Positions 20,460 through 30,402 of a DNA stretch of 64,000 bases are shown piece after piece (within the stretch, counting starts at the first letter, position 1; each line of letters starts with the position of its first letter). The translations under genes were made by a program, and so were the position numbers. Location: positions 192,001-256,000 of the forward strand of contig JANNXA010000014.1 of NCBI GenBank assembly GCA_031409275.1, written 5' to 3'. The notes under the pieces are model-generated. The model was not told the origin of the DNA and searched no databases. It was given only the letters and a program-made list of their open reading frames with translations. Source of the DNA: Planctomycetota bacterium (lineage in GTDB: Bacteria > Planctomycetota > B15-G4 > SIAN01).

Positions 20460-23400
20460 TCAGCTTCCGGAAGGCCGCAGGAACGGGATCGCCACGGTGT
20501 CGAGGTTCGGGAGCAGCAACGATTGCTTGTTGCCGACCAGAGTCGCGCGAAACGCGATGTTGCCCTTGGTGTCGGCGATATCGACGACAGTCGAGAAACC
20601 GGTTCCGCTCGCGCCCTTCGTCGAAGTCGCCCCTTCGAACTCCAAGGTGACCGAGGTACCGACCGGCTGCGAGGAGGGCGGCGGATCGATGATCGCCGCG
20701 AAGTAGTCAGGGAGCACCGTGTTCGTCGGGTAGACGCGGACGTAGGGCGAAGTGATCCGCGACGTCGTCTTCACGTAGTCGAAAACGCCGAGGTAGCGCG
20801 AGTTGTCGCCGGGCACCGGCGCGGTCGAGGTCGTGTTGCCTTTGGCGCAGCGGGCTGCCGGCTGGTTGAGGTTGTCGGGGAAGAGCCGGGTCGTCGGCGA
20901 CCCTTGCGAACCGACCCGCCATCGCGGGTTGCCAGCGAAGTCGATGAGGCAGCCGATGACGAACGAGAAGCCGTTGCGACCGGTGACCGTCGTCGTTTGC
21001 GGACGCACGCGCACCTCGAACAGGAGGCTGTCGCCGCCAAGGTTCCCGAAGCCGCCGCTTCGATAGTCCCCCCACTCCTCGCCGCAGCCGTTGTAGGTGC
21101 TGTTGACCGAACTGCGCAGGTCCTTCTCGGCCTGCGGGATATCGCCGTTGTTGTACTGGAACGGCACGGTGAACTGCGGCCACGGATGCCAGGAGTTGCC
21201 GTCACCGGGCGGCGTGAAGAGGTTGTCCTGCGTCACACGGTATTTGGTCCCCGGCTGCACCGTCGTGACCAGGGTGTCCCAGTGGTTGGGCGCATGATCG
21301 GAACCGCAGAAGGCGCCTGGGCACGGGTTCGATCCGCTGCCGTCGATGAAGTCGATGAAGGTCGCGTAGTCGAACGGAATGCTCATGCCGCTCGAGGGAT
21401 AGGAAGCTCCGCCGGTGTTGTTCTGGGAGATCGGCCGCATCGGCGAGTGGGCGCAGTGAATCGAGATGTTGTCGTAGTTGTCGGTCGAGACGTTGCCGCC
21501 GATCGGCGCCCAGCTCACTCGGTAGAGGTCGAGCAGCGTGCCGGCCAGCGCAGCGCTGTTGGGCGAGCAGTCGAAATCGCGCCACACCGTCTGGAAGCGA
21601 GCTCCATCGTGCGGCTGATTCTGCGCCGTGACGTTGGAAGCAAGCGGTTCCGGAAGGCCGGTGAAGAGCTTCGAGAACTGCCCTTCCGGCGGGAAGTACT
21701 CGTCGTGGATCTTGGTGACATAGACCACCGGCGAGCCTGCCAGCAGGCCGTTGGTCTGCAGGTTGACGTCCGGAATCGGTCGGTAGTAGTTCGGCTGATC
21801 GCGATAGCCGATGCCCGGCAGCCCCGTCGCCGGATCGATGCCGGTGACCGGCCGTCCGCGCATGCGATGGACGAGCACGCCCCAGCTCCGCGCAACCGGA
21901 GGATTGGGCTGGGTGATCGCCGCCTCGGAAGCGGAAAAGGTCGTGGTGTAGCGGATCTCGGGTCGGGCGGGATCGAAGCGCGAGTCAGGGAACCCCACCG
22001 GCTGTCCGCCGAGGTCGACCACGCCGCGAACGCCGCTGTCGAGGAACTCGGTGTACGCCGAGGAGCCGAGCTTCTGCTGGAGATAGCTTGCGCGCGGCAC
22101 GCTGGTGATCGCGAGCTGGAGGTTCTTGGTGTTTTTGCCCCAGCCCACCAGCTCGAAGGTGCCGGCAGCCTGGTCGAGTCGGATCGGGCGGATGATCGCG
22201 GTGGTCTGCGTGACATCGAGCGCCACGTCGGTCAGCAGTTCCTGGAGTTCGCCGGCGTCGGGGCTTGGCGAGACGCGGAACGTCTCCCACTGCAGCACCG
22301 AGTCGTCGTCGATCGGCTCGCTGAAGCGAACGCGCAGCTCGGAGAAGGTCGGCAGCGCGTCACGCAGCGAGATCGGCCCCGCCACGACATTTCCCGCCGC
22401 GTCGATCTCCCATCCCTCGACGAAGCTCGCGAGGCTGGTGTTCTCGGCGTTCTGGGGGTTGTCGGCGTCGAAGCGCGTGGTGTCGATCGGATCGGTGAGC
22501 TCAGGCTCGAAGAGCTCGATTCGCTCGAGCTGGCACGCATCGCCATCCTGCGGTGGCAGGACGAAGTTCGACTCGACGCTGATCGTGTCGACCGTGTTGC
22601 CGACGACGACCCGCGTCTCCTCGTCGGGCGCACCTGGCCGCACCACGAGCTTGGCACCGGCCCACTCCCCGAGACCGCCCTTCGCCAGAGTTGAGAACGC
22701 GGCCGCGATGAACCGCACGCTCGCCGCGCCCACGACGTCACCGCTGCCGAGATCGACCACGTGCCGATCCGCGTAGGTCCGCACGATCCGCGGCACCGAA
22801 ACGTCGGGCAGGAAACCGTTGTAGGTCTCGTTGGTCGGGATCAGCTGGTTCTGCGCGATGAAGTCGAGGACGCGGTTGCCGGGATTGAGGCCGACGGGGG
22901 TCGCCAGTTCGCCGAGCCCATCGGAACGCGCGCCCAGGAAGGCACCTCCCGTCGAACGGAGGATGCGCGACCCGTTACGCGGCAGGCGCAGCTTGAGGAA
23001 TCCCGTCGCGTCGGCGCGCGGCTCTCCGGAAGGCCCGAAATCGACGGGACTCGGCGGGAAACCGATGCCGCTCGCGGCGACGGGATCGATCCAGAGGGTG
23101 CGCGCGCCCGCCAACGTGACGACGACTGGAATCGGCGTTCCGTCCTGCAACCGAACCTGCACCGAGCCGGCGGTGACCAGCGCCCCGTTGGCGTCGATCA
23201 CATCGGCGGCGACCGAGGCCGGATCGATGGGAGCCGAGAACTCGAGCTGCAGGATTCCGTTGCGCGGCACCACGCGCGGCAAATAGCTCGATCCGAGGCC
23301 GAGCGACTGGAGGGAATCGACGTCGCCTCCCGACGCCAGCGGGGCGAGCGTGCCCGGAACGATGCGGCCGGTCGTGAGGTCGGTGTCGACCGTGGTGAGC

Positions 23401-23588
23401 GGACTCACGAGCCGCGGCCCGCTGCCGTCGTCGACGAGTCGACCGTACTTCACGTCGTTCAGGAGAAAGCCCGAGCTCTTCTTTCCTTGCGACGTTCCAC
23501 CGCCTCCGCCTGAACAGGCGGACACCGCCAGCAGCCCAGCGGAGGCCAGAACGAGCTTCGGCGATCGTGCGCGAAGGGAGTTCAACAT
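20460..23588 (-). CDS. Large Ig-like-domain lipoprotein, paralog B (1042 aa)
   Basis: ATG at 23588; lipobox AVSAC-SGGGGG; colinear with paralogs A and C over the full length. Confidence 0.85.
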   Translation of the reverse strand: MLNSLRARSPKLVLASAGLLAVSACSGGGGGTSQGKKSSGFLLNDVKYGRLVDDGSGPRLVSPLTTVDTDLTTGRIVPGTLAPLASGGDVDSLQSLGLGSSYLPRVVPRNGILQLEFSAPIDPASVAADVIDANGALVTAGSVQVRLQDGTPIPVVVTLAGARTLWIDPVAASGIGFPPSPVDFGPSGEPRADATGFLKLRLPRNGSRILRSTGGAFLGARSDGLGELATPVGLNPGNRVLDFIAQNQLIPTNETYNGFLPDVSVPRIVRTYADRHVVDLGSGDVVGAASVRFIAAAFSTLAKGGLGEWAGAKLVVRPGAPDEETRVVVGNTVDTISVESNFVLPPQDGDACQLERIELFEPELTDPIDTTRFDADNPQNAENTSLASFVEGWEIDAAGNVVAGPISLRDALPTFSELRVRFSEPIDDDSVLQWETFRVSPSPDAGELQELLTDVALDVTQTTAIIRPIRLDQAAGTFELVGWGKNTKNLQLAITSVPRASYLQQKLGSSAYTEFLDSGVRGVVDLGGQPVGFPDSRFDPARPEIRYTTTFSASEAAITQPNPPVARSWGVLVHRMRGRPVTGIDPATGLPGIGYRDQPNYYRPIPDVNLQTNGLLAGSPVVYVTKIHDEYFPPEGQFSKLFTGLPEPLASNVTAQNQPHDGARFQTVWRDFDCSPNSAALAGTLLDLYRVSWAPIGGNVSTDNYDNISIHCAHSPMRPISQNNTGGASYPSSGMSIPFDYATFIDFIDGSGSNPCPGAFCGSDHAPNHWDTLVTTVQPGTKYRVTQDNLFTPPGDGNSWHPWPQFTVPFQYNNGDIPQAEKDLRSSVNSTYNGCGEEWGDYRSGGFGNLGGDSLLFEVRVRPQTTTVTGRNGFSFVIGCLIDFAGNPRWRVGSQGSPTTRLFPDNLNQPAARCAKGNTTSTAPVPGDNSRYLGVFDYVKTTSRITSPYVRVYPTNTVLPDYFAAIIDPPPSSQPVGTSVTLEFEGATSTKGASGTGFSTVVDIADTKGNIAFRATLVGNKQSLLLPNLDTVAIPFLRPSGS

Positions 23589-23747
23589 CGGCGAGTCCCC
23601 AGGATCGGGAGCGGTAACGACCAGCGGCGCCAACCGCGGAGATCATGGCACGATCGAACCGAAAACGATGTCGAGCGGGCCATGGGGCCCGCTCGACAAG
23701 AAGAAAGTGCTTAGCAGAGCAGGTCAGATCAAGCGACCGGCTCGCGA

Positions 23748-26700
23748 TCAGGTGCCGGAAGGCCGCAGATACGGGATCGCCACGGTGTCGCAGTTGGGAA
23801 GCAGCAAGGTCGAAATATTGCCGGTCAGTGTGGCGCGGAACGCGACGTTGGGCTTGGTGTCGCAGATGTCGACGCTCGTCGAGAAGCCAGTGCCGGACGC
23901 GCCCTTGATGGTGGTGGCCCCTTCGAATTCGAAGGTGACCGAAGTGCCGACCGGCTGGCTGCTGACCGGCGGATCGACGATCACCGGGAAGTAATCCGGC
24001 AGCAGCGTTCCGGACGGGAAGACGCGGACATACGGCGAGGTGATGCGTGAGGTCGTCTTCACGTAGTCGAAGACGCCGAGGTAGCGCGAGCTGTCGCCCG
24101 GGTTCGGCGTCGCGGACGTCTGATTGCCGACGGCGCAACGCGCGGCCGCCGAGGTGTTGATGTTGTCGGGCTGCAGACGCGATGTCGGCGAGCCTTCCGA
24201 ATGCGCGCGCCAGTCCGGCTTGCCGGACGCATCGATCAGGCAGCCGATGACGTAGGAGAAGCCGTTGAGGCCGGTGATGAGGCCTTGCTGCGGCCGGATG
24301 CGCACCTCGAAAAGGAGGCTGTCGCCGCCCTTGTTGTCGACGAAGGGATCGGAGTTGTAGTCGCGGTAGTCGACCCAGGGGTTCCCGCCCTGGCAGGTGA
24401 AGTCATCGTTGATCGACTTGATGAGGTCTTTTTCCGCGGTCGGGGTGTCGCCGTTGTTGTACTGGAAGCGCACGTCGAAGGTCGGCCACGGATGCCACGC
24501 GTTTCCGTCGAACGGCGGCGTGAAGAGGTTGCTCTGGGTGATCTTGTACTTCGTCCCGGGCTGGACCACGGTCACCAGGGTGTCCCAGTAGTGCGGCCCG
24601 TCGTTCGACGAGCAGGTGGTCCCGGCGCACGGGTCGTTGCCGCCGCCATCGAACTCGTCGACCCAGGTCGCATAGTCGAACGGGACGCCGAGTCCGCTCT
24701 GCGGATAGGTCGCAGCCGCGGTGTCGTTCGCCGAATTCGGTCGGATCGGCGAGTGCGCGCAATGGACCGAGATGTTGTCGTAGCTGTCGGTGCTGACGTT
24801 GCCGCCGATGGGCGCCCAGCTCACGCGGTAGAGATCGAGCAACGTCCCGGCGAGACCAAGGCTGTTGGGCGAGCAGTCGATGTCGCGGAACACCGACTGG
24901 AAACGCGCGCCGTCGTGCGCCGAGTTCTGCGCCGTCAGGTTCGTGGTGATCGGCTCGGGCAATCCGTTGAAGAGCTTCGAGAACTGGCCGATCGGCGGCG
25001 GGAAGAACTCGTCGTGGATCTTGGTGATGTAGACCACCGGCGAGCCGGCGAGCAGGCCGTTCGTCTGGAGATTCACGTCCGCGATCGGCAGGTAGTAGTT
25101 GGTCTGGTCCCGGAAGCCGACGCCGGGCTTCCCGGTGGCCGGATCGAGACCGGTCACGGGCCGTCCGCGCATGCGGTGCACCATGACGCCCCAGCTGCTC
25201 ACGACGGGTGGCACCGGCTGCGTCGACGCCGTCTCAGCCGACGTGAACGTCGTGAAGAAGCGGATCGCTGGGGACGCCGAATCGAAGCGCGACAGCGGGA
25301 ACCCAAGCGGCTGACCGCCGAGGTCGAGCACTCCGCGAAATCCGAGGTCGAGGAACGAGTCGTACTCTGCGGTCGTCAGGAACTGCTGCAGGAACGTGGC
25401 GCGCGGAATCGTCGAGATGGTCAGCTGGAGGTTCTTGGTGTTCTTGCCCCAACCGGTGATCTGGAACGTTCCCGCCGCCTGATCGACGCGCGCCGGACGG
25501 ATCGTCGCAACGGTCTGCGTCGAGTCGAGGAAGACCTCGGTCAGGAGCTCCTGGGTTTCGCCGCCGTCAGGATTCAGCGAGACACGGAAGGTCTCCCACT
25601 GCCGGAAGGAGTCGTCCGCCATCGGCTCGCTGAAGCGAACTCGCAGCTCCGAGAAAGAGGGCACCGCCGTACGCAAGCTGGTCGGACCGGCGACGGCGTT
25701 GCCGGCGGCGTCGATCTCGTAGACCTCGACGAAATTGGCGAGGCTCGAGTTGTTGAGGTTCTCCGGGTTGTCGGCGTCGAACAGCAACGGATCGATGGGA
25801 TCGGTGAGATCGGGCTCGAAGTACTCGGTCCGCTTCAACTCGTAGGCGTCGCCGTTCTGGGGCTGCGTTGCGAACGCCGTCGACAGCACGAGCGTGTCAC
25901 CGTCGTTCGAGACGATCGAGAGCGTCTCCTCGCTCGAGGTCCCGGGTCGCAGGACGAGGCTCGCGCCCGCCCACTCGCCGAGGCCGCCATTGGAGCTGGT
26001 GTTGTCGTTGGAAGAGACGTCGTTCAGCGAGGTCGCCGTGGCGCTGTCACCCGCGAGGGTGTCGAAGGTCCGCGGCACGTCGTAGATGCGCACGATGCGC
26101 GGGATCGACAGGTCCGGCAGGAAGCCGTTGAAGGTTTCGTTGGTGGGGATGAGCTGGTTCTGAGCGATGAAGTCGAGGACGCGATTGCCGGGGTTGACGC
26201 CGATCGGCGTGGCGACTTCGCCGAGCCGGTCCGAGCGCTGCCCGAGGAATGCGCCGCCGGTCGAGCGCAGGATGTTCGCGCCCGTTCGCGGCAGTCGCAA
26301 CTTGAGGTAGCCGGTGGCGTCGGCGCGCGGCTCGCCGCTCGGCCCGAAGTCGACTGGACTTGCCGGGAATCCCACCTGACCGTTGGCAACCGGGTTGATC
26401 CAGATCGTGCGCGCGCCGACAAGGCGCACCTCGACCGGCACCGGCGTCCCATCTTCGAGGCGCACTTGGACCGAGCCTGCGGTGACCAACGCGCCGTTGC
26501 CGTTGATGGTGTCGGCGACGACCGACGCCGCCGCGACGGGCGCGGAGAATTCGAGCTGAAGGACCGCGTTGCGCGGCACGACCCGCGGCAAGTAGCCCGT
26601 CCCGAGACCGAGCGACTGCGGAGCGAAGACGTCGACGCCAACCGCGAGTGGCTCGAGCGTTCCCGGGATGAGGTCACCCGTGATCGGATCGACCTGCGCC

Positions 26701-26894
26701 GTCGTCAACGGGCTGACGAGCGACTCGTTCACGCCGTCGTCGATGAGGCGGCCGTACTTGACGTCGTTCAGCAGGAACGAGGCGCTCTTGCCGCCGGCCG
26801 AACTCGACCCGCCGCCCCCGCCGCAGTTCACGATCAGGCCGCTCGCTACGAGCAACGTCGCCCAGGAGCCGACTCGCTTCGAACCCATGCTCAT
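23748..26894 (-). CDS. Large Ig-like-domain lipoprotein, paralog C (1048 aa)
   Basis: GGGAG SD plus ATG at 26894; lipobox-like LIVNC-GGGGG; colinear with A and B and ends PYLRPSGT. Confidence 0.85.
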   Translation of the reverse strand: MSMGSKRVGSWATLLVASGLIVNCGGGGGSSSAGGKSASFLLNDVKYGRLIDDGVNESLVSPLTTAQVDPITGDLIPGTLEPLAVGVDVFAPQSLGLGTGYLPRVVPRNAVLQLEFSAPVAAASVVADTINGNGALVTAGSVQVRLEDGTPVPVEVRLVGARTIWINPVANGQVGFPASPVDFGPSGEPRADATGYLKLRLPRTGANILRSTGGAFLGQRSDRLGEVATPIGVNPGNRVLDFIAQNQLIPTNETFNGFLPDLSIPRIVRIYDVPRTFDTLAGDSATATSLNDVSSNDNTSSNGGLGEWAGASLVLRPGTSSEETLSIVSNDGDTLVLSTAFATQPQNGDAYELKRTEYFEPDLTDPIDPLLFDADNPENLNNSSLANFVEVYEIDAAGNAVAGPTSLRTAVPSFSELRVRFSEPMADDSFRQWETFRVSLNPDGGETQELLTEVFLDSTQTVATIRPARVDQAAGTFQITGWGKNTKNLQLTISTIPRATFLQQFLTTAEYDSFLDLGFRGVLDLGGQPLGFPLSRFDSASPAIRFFTTFTSAETASTQPVPPVVSSWGVMVHRMRGRPVTGLDPATGKPGVGFRDQTNYYLPIADVNLQTNGLLAGSPVVYITKIHDEFFPPPIGQFSKLFNGLPEPITTNLTAQNSAHDGARFQSVFRDIDCSPNSLGLAGTLLDLYRVSWAPIGGNVSTDSYDNISVHCAHSPIRPNSANDTAAATYPQSGLGVPFDYATWVDEFDGGGNDPCAGTTCSSNDGPHYWDTLVTVVQPGTKYKITQSNLFTPPFDGNAWHPWPTFDVRFQYNNGDTPTAEKDLIKSINDDFTCQGGNPWVDYRDYNSDPFVDNKGGDSLLFEVRIRPQQGLITGLNGFSYVIGCLIDASGKPDWRAHSEGSPTSRLQPDNINTSAAARCAVGNQTSATPNPGDSSRYLGVFDYVKTTSRITSPYVRVFPSGTLLPDYFPVIVDPPVSSQPVGTSVTFEFEGATTIKGASGTGFSTSVDICDTKPNVAFRATLTGNISTLLLPNCDTVAIPYLRPSGT

Positions 26895-27143
26895 GCTTTC
26901 GACTCCCAACAACGAACGATCGCCGCAGAGGCGTCACGCCCCGCGGGATCCGATGGCCCGTTTCTCTCTCGCTTGCGGCAACTCCCGAGTAGCCGCCCGA
27001 GCGCTCCCTGCAACATCCCGCGAGGAAGTCGTCACGACACGCGGCAGTGTAGCGGTGAAGCCGCGCTAAGATGCCGCGCCCTCCGCGGCCTGGCCAGCCC
27101 CCACCGGCCCACCGGCGCCGCCCTCCTCGGAGCTGTCTTCCCC

Positions 27144-28247
27144 ATGGCCAAGCCGTCCGCCGCCGCCACTTACGCCCAGTCCGGGGTGAGCTTCGACCGC
27201 AAGGAGACGTTCCTGGGCGCGCTGCTGCGCTGGGTCAAACGAACCGAGACGATCCCGGCCGCCGGCCAGCGACCCCTTCTCCCGAACGGCTACTACGCGA
27301 GCGTCCTCGACATCGGATTGCCGACGGCCATCGCGCTGACCACGGACGGCGTGGGCAGCAAGATCCTGATCGCGGAAGCGGCCGGCGACTTCTCCTCGCT
27401 CGGGTTCGACGTCGTTGCGATGAACGTGAACGACCTGCTCTGCGTCGGAGCGATGCCGGTCGCGCTCGTCGATTACATCGCCATGCAGGCTCCGCCGACC
27501 GCCGTCGGTGAAGCGCTCGGCAAGAGCCTCTACCTCGCGGCCAAGCAGGCGGGGATCTCGATCCCTGGCGGCGAGCTCGCGCAACTCCCCGACATGATCT
27601 GCGGCCTCGCCCCGGGACAGGGGCTCGACCTCGCCGCTGCCGCCATCGGCACCGTGGAGAAGGAACACGCCAGCAATGGCCAGGGCATCGAGCCGGGCGA
27701 CGTGCTGATCGGCATCGCGTCGAACGGCGTGCACAGCAACGGCTACACGCTCGTGCGCGAGATCTGCTTCAAGCGCCGCAAGTTCAAGATCGACCTCGCC
27801 GTCCCGGAGTTCGGCGGCACGCTCGGTGCCGAGCTGCTGCGCCCGACCGCGATCTACGTCCCGCAGTTCCGCGCGCTCGCCGCGAAATCGCTGCGCCCGC
27901 GCGCGGCGATGCACATCACCGGCGGCGGCTACCTGAACCTGCTGCGCGCCGCCACGAAGAACATCACCTTCGTCATCGACACGCCGCCCGCGATCCCGCC
28001 GGTCTTCACCTTCCTCCAGCGCGAAGGCAAGGTGACCGACGAGGAGATGCACCGCGTCTTCAACCTCGGCGTCGGCATGGTCCTGGTCGTGCCGGCGGCC
28101 AACGTCACCGCGACGCTCGCCGTGCTCGGCAAGCGCGGCTGGCCGAAGGCGAGCGTGATCGGACGCGTCGAGAAGGGGCGCGGCAAGAGCGTCCGCTTCC
28201 CGACCCGCGAGCTCGTCGGCCGCGGCGACGAGTTCACGCGCAGCTGA
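27144..28247 (+). CDS. purM: Phosphoribosylformylglycinamidine cyclo-ligase (AIR synthetase)
   Basis: TYAQSGV, TDGVGSK, AMNVNDL, SNGVHSNGYTLVR, HITGGG and EMHRVFNLGVGM. The true start is ATG 27144, not the ORF-track start at 24201. Confidence 0.96.
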   Translation: MAKPSAAATYAQSGVSFDRKETFLGALLRWVKRTETIPAAGQRPLLPNGYYASVLDIGLPTAIALTTDGVGSKILIAEAAGDFSSLGFDVVAMNVNDLLCVGAMPVALVDYIAMQAPPTAVGEALGKSLYLAAKQAGISIPGGELAQLPDMICGLAPGQGLDLAAAAIGTVEKEHASNGQGIEPGDVLIGIASNGVHSNGYTLVREICFKRRKFKIDLAVPEFGGTLGAELLRPTAIYVPQFRALAAKSLRPRAAMHITGGGYLNLLRAATKNITFVIDTPPAIPPVFTFLQREGKVTDEEMHRVFNLGVGMVLVVPAANVTATLAVLGKRGWPKASVIGRVEKGRGKSVRFPTRELVGRGDEFTRS

Positions 28248-28263
28248 GGCCGGCGCTCGCGGT

Positions 28264-30402
28264 TCAGCGCGGCCCCTTCAGCGCCGCAGGAACCATCCGT
28301 AGCCCCGGCTCGTCGATCTCCGCTTCGATCACCGGACGCACCTGCGCGTCGATCGCAGCGGCACCCGGCAACTCGTCAGCGACGGCCACCGCGGCGAACC
28401 AGTGCATGGCGTAGGTGATCCAGCTGGCGGCCGGCACCGGTGGCGGCGTGAATCCGCCGCGCGGGCGCCACGTCTCGGGTCCGAGGCCGGCGCTGCCGTC
28501 GACCCCGTTCGGCAGCGACGGCTGCTTGCCCGGGTCGAACTGATGGTCGAGGTTCACTCGCAGCCACCACGCGCACTCGGCGAAGCTGCCGATGAAGCGG
28601 CGGCTGTCCGCGACCTGCTTCCACTCGCCGCGCTCGAGGGTCGGAACGAAGGTCGAGACCGGGAACGAATAGGAGAGTGCGGTGGCGCCGTTCTCCCAGC
28701 GGACGGTGGTTCCATCCGGGGCGCGCCACGTCTCGCCGACGCTCGCGTACGCACGCGCGAAGTACTCCGCCTGCCACTCCCACAAGAAGCGCGCATCGGC
28801 GTTGCCGAGCAGTCGATCGGTCCACCAGCAGGAGGTCGCAACCCAGGTCGCCTGCCACGGACTCCAGAACGTGGCGCAGACCCACGTCTTGCGGCCGCTC
28901 GACTGGAAACCGCCGCTCCCCCACGTATGCAGCGGGGCGGGCGACTGCTCGATCGTGGCGCGCAGCTCGGCGAGGTTGTCGGTCACCCGCTTCCGGAAGT
29001 AGCCCTTCAACGGATGGGCGTCGGGCAGCAACTGCGCCGCGAGCATCGTCGTGCGCAGCGACCACGCGAAGTCGCGCGAGCCGGGATAGCGATAGCGGCC
29101 GTCATGCGGCCAGTCGTAGAAGCAGTAGGCCGCCAGCGCGGCGAACTCCTCCTCCGCGAAGCGCTCTCCGGTCAGCAAGAACGAGAGCGCGCCGAGCAGC
29201 GGCGAATGCGAGCGATCGGCCGTCTGCGGGCACTTGCGCTTGGTGGCGCGCTTCTCCAGCGCCTTGGCGGCGCCGAACTCGACGCCCATGGTCCCGTCGC
29301 GTCCGCGCACATGGATCGGAAACGAGGCGGCACCGTTCCAGTCTGCGGCGCGCAACAGGTCGTCGGCCACGACGCTCTTCGAGTTGAGCGCGAGCGCGCC
29401 CCATGACGGGATCGGCCCGATGTCGCCGCGATCACCGGTCGAAGGCATGTAGCGCGCGATCGGACCGGGATCGAGCGGGATGCCGACCTCGTAGCGCTTC
29501 GCATCCAACGATCCGTTCTGATCGCCGTCGATCAGTCGCCGCGCCAGCTCGTCGGCGCGTGCCGGCGCCAGCGGATGGCGCGCGTCGTACGGCGGGATCC
29601 ACCCGTGCAGCGTCAGGTAGGCCAGGTCTTCGCGTACGCGCACGTTCGGTGGCTCGCCACCGACGTGGCGGCGCACCGCGAAGCGCGTCCGATCCCAGAC
29701 GATGCCATCGCGCAGATCGGCCAGCACCTCATCGCCCGCGATCACCACGAGGCGCGCGAACTCGACGTCATCCGGCGGCGGCGCGCCGCTACCGCCGAGC
29801 GCGGTGTTCTCCAACACGACCTCGACGCGCGCCCCTTCGATGCCGGCGAGCTGCCGCCACCGGACACGCACCGAGAGGCGCGGCAGCTCGCCCTCCGGAC
29901 TGCGCAGCGTGGCCACCTGCTCGAGTTCGCGCGCGAGCGGCCCGTCGACCGGTCCGCGCGCGTTCGCCCGCTCCGGTGCCGGCGCTTCCACGATCGCGGT
30001 GAAGCGCGCTCCATCGCGCGCCAGCAGTTCGACGGCGACGGGCGGCGCCGGCCCGCGCTCGAGGAATGGCTCCTGGCGCGGCGGCGCGGGCGACGGCACC
30101 AGCCACACCTCGCGCGTCGCATTCGGCGCGAGGTCGAGCGGCAAGGTCACCAGCGCGTGCTGCAGCGAGCCGTCGCGGTGGCGCGAGAGCAGATCGACCT
30201 GCGCAGCGACCACCGCCGGCTTGCCGTCGGCGCTGCCATCGCGCACCACGACGCACAGTTCGCCATCGTGGAAACGGCCAGGCGCGAGCAGCGCCGACAA
30301 CGTCACCGGCAACGCCTTCGCGCCGCGACCGGATCGATCGGAGACCTCGAAGCGCACCTCGTCGCCAAAGAGCGCGGCGCACAGCAGCAGCAGGGCATGC
30401 AT
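28264..30402 (-). CDS. Secreted hypothetical protein with N-terminal beta-sandwich and putative (alpha/alpha)6 barrel (possibly polysaccharide lyase/YetA-like)
   Basis: Short signal peptide; motifs HRDGSLQHA, MPSTGDRGDIGPIPSW, DRSHSP...FLLTGERFAEEE and RDFAWSLR. TGATG coupling to the upstream gene. Confidence 0.6.
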   Translation of the reverse strand: MHALLLLCAALFGDEVRFEVSDRSGRGAKALPVTLSALLAPGRFHDGELCVVVRDGSADGKPAVVAAQVDLLSRHRDGSLQHALVTLPLDLAPNATREVWLVPSPAPPRQEPFLERGPAPPVAVELLARDGARFTAIVEAPAPERANARGPVDGPLARELEQVATLRSPEGELPRLSVRVRWRQLAGIEGARVEVVLENTALGGSGAPPPDDVEFARLVVIAGDEVLADLRDGIVWDRTRFAVRRHVGGEPPNVRVREDLAYLTLHGWIPPYDARHPLAPARADELARRLIDGDQNGSLDAKRYEVGIPLDPGPIARYMPSTGDRGDIGPIPSWGALALNSKSVVADDLLRAADWNGAASFPIHVRGRDGTMGVEFGAAKALEKRATKRKCPQTADRSHSPLLGALSFLLTGERFAEEEFAALAAYCFYDWPHDGRYRYPGSRDFAWSLRTTMLAAQLLPDAHPLKGYFRKRVTDNLAELRATIEQSPAPLHTWGSGGFQSSGRKTWVCATFWSPWQATWVATSCWWTDRLLGNADARFLWEWQAEYFARAYASVGETWRAPDGTTVRWENGATALSYSFPVSTFVPTLERGEWKQVADSRRFIGSFAECAWWLRVNLDHQFDPGKQPSLPNGVDGSAGLGPETWRPRGGFTPPPVPAASWITYAMHWFAAVAVADELPGAAAIDAQVRPVIEAEIDEPGLRMVPAALKGPR

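Noticed and set aside
17049..26894. Diversity-generating retroelement or CRISPR explanation for the repeats
   Set aside because: The repeats are whole-gene paralogs. Differences are not adenine-restricted by eye, and there is no reverse transcriptase, cas gene or repeat-spacer array in the window.
24201..27143. Apparent 980-aa N-terminal extension of PurM
   Set aside because: It is antisense to lipoprotein paralog C. PurM homology starts at ATG 27144.
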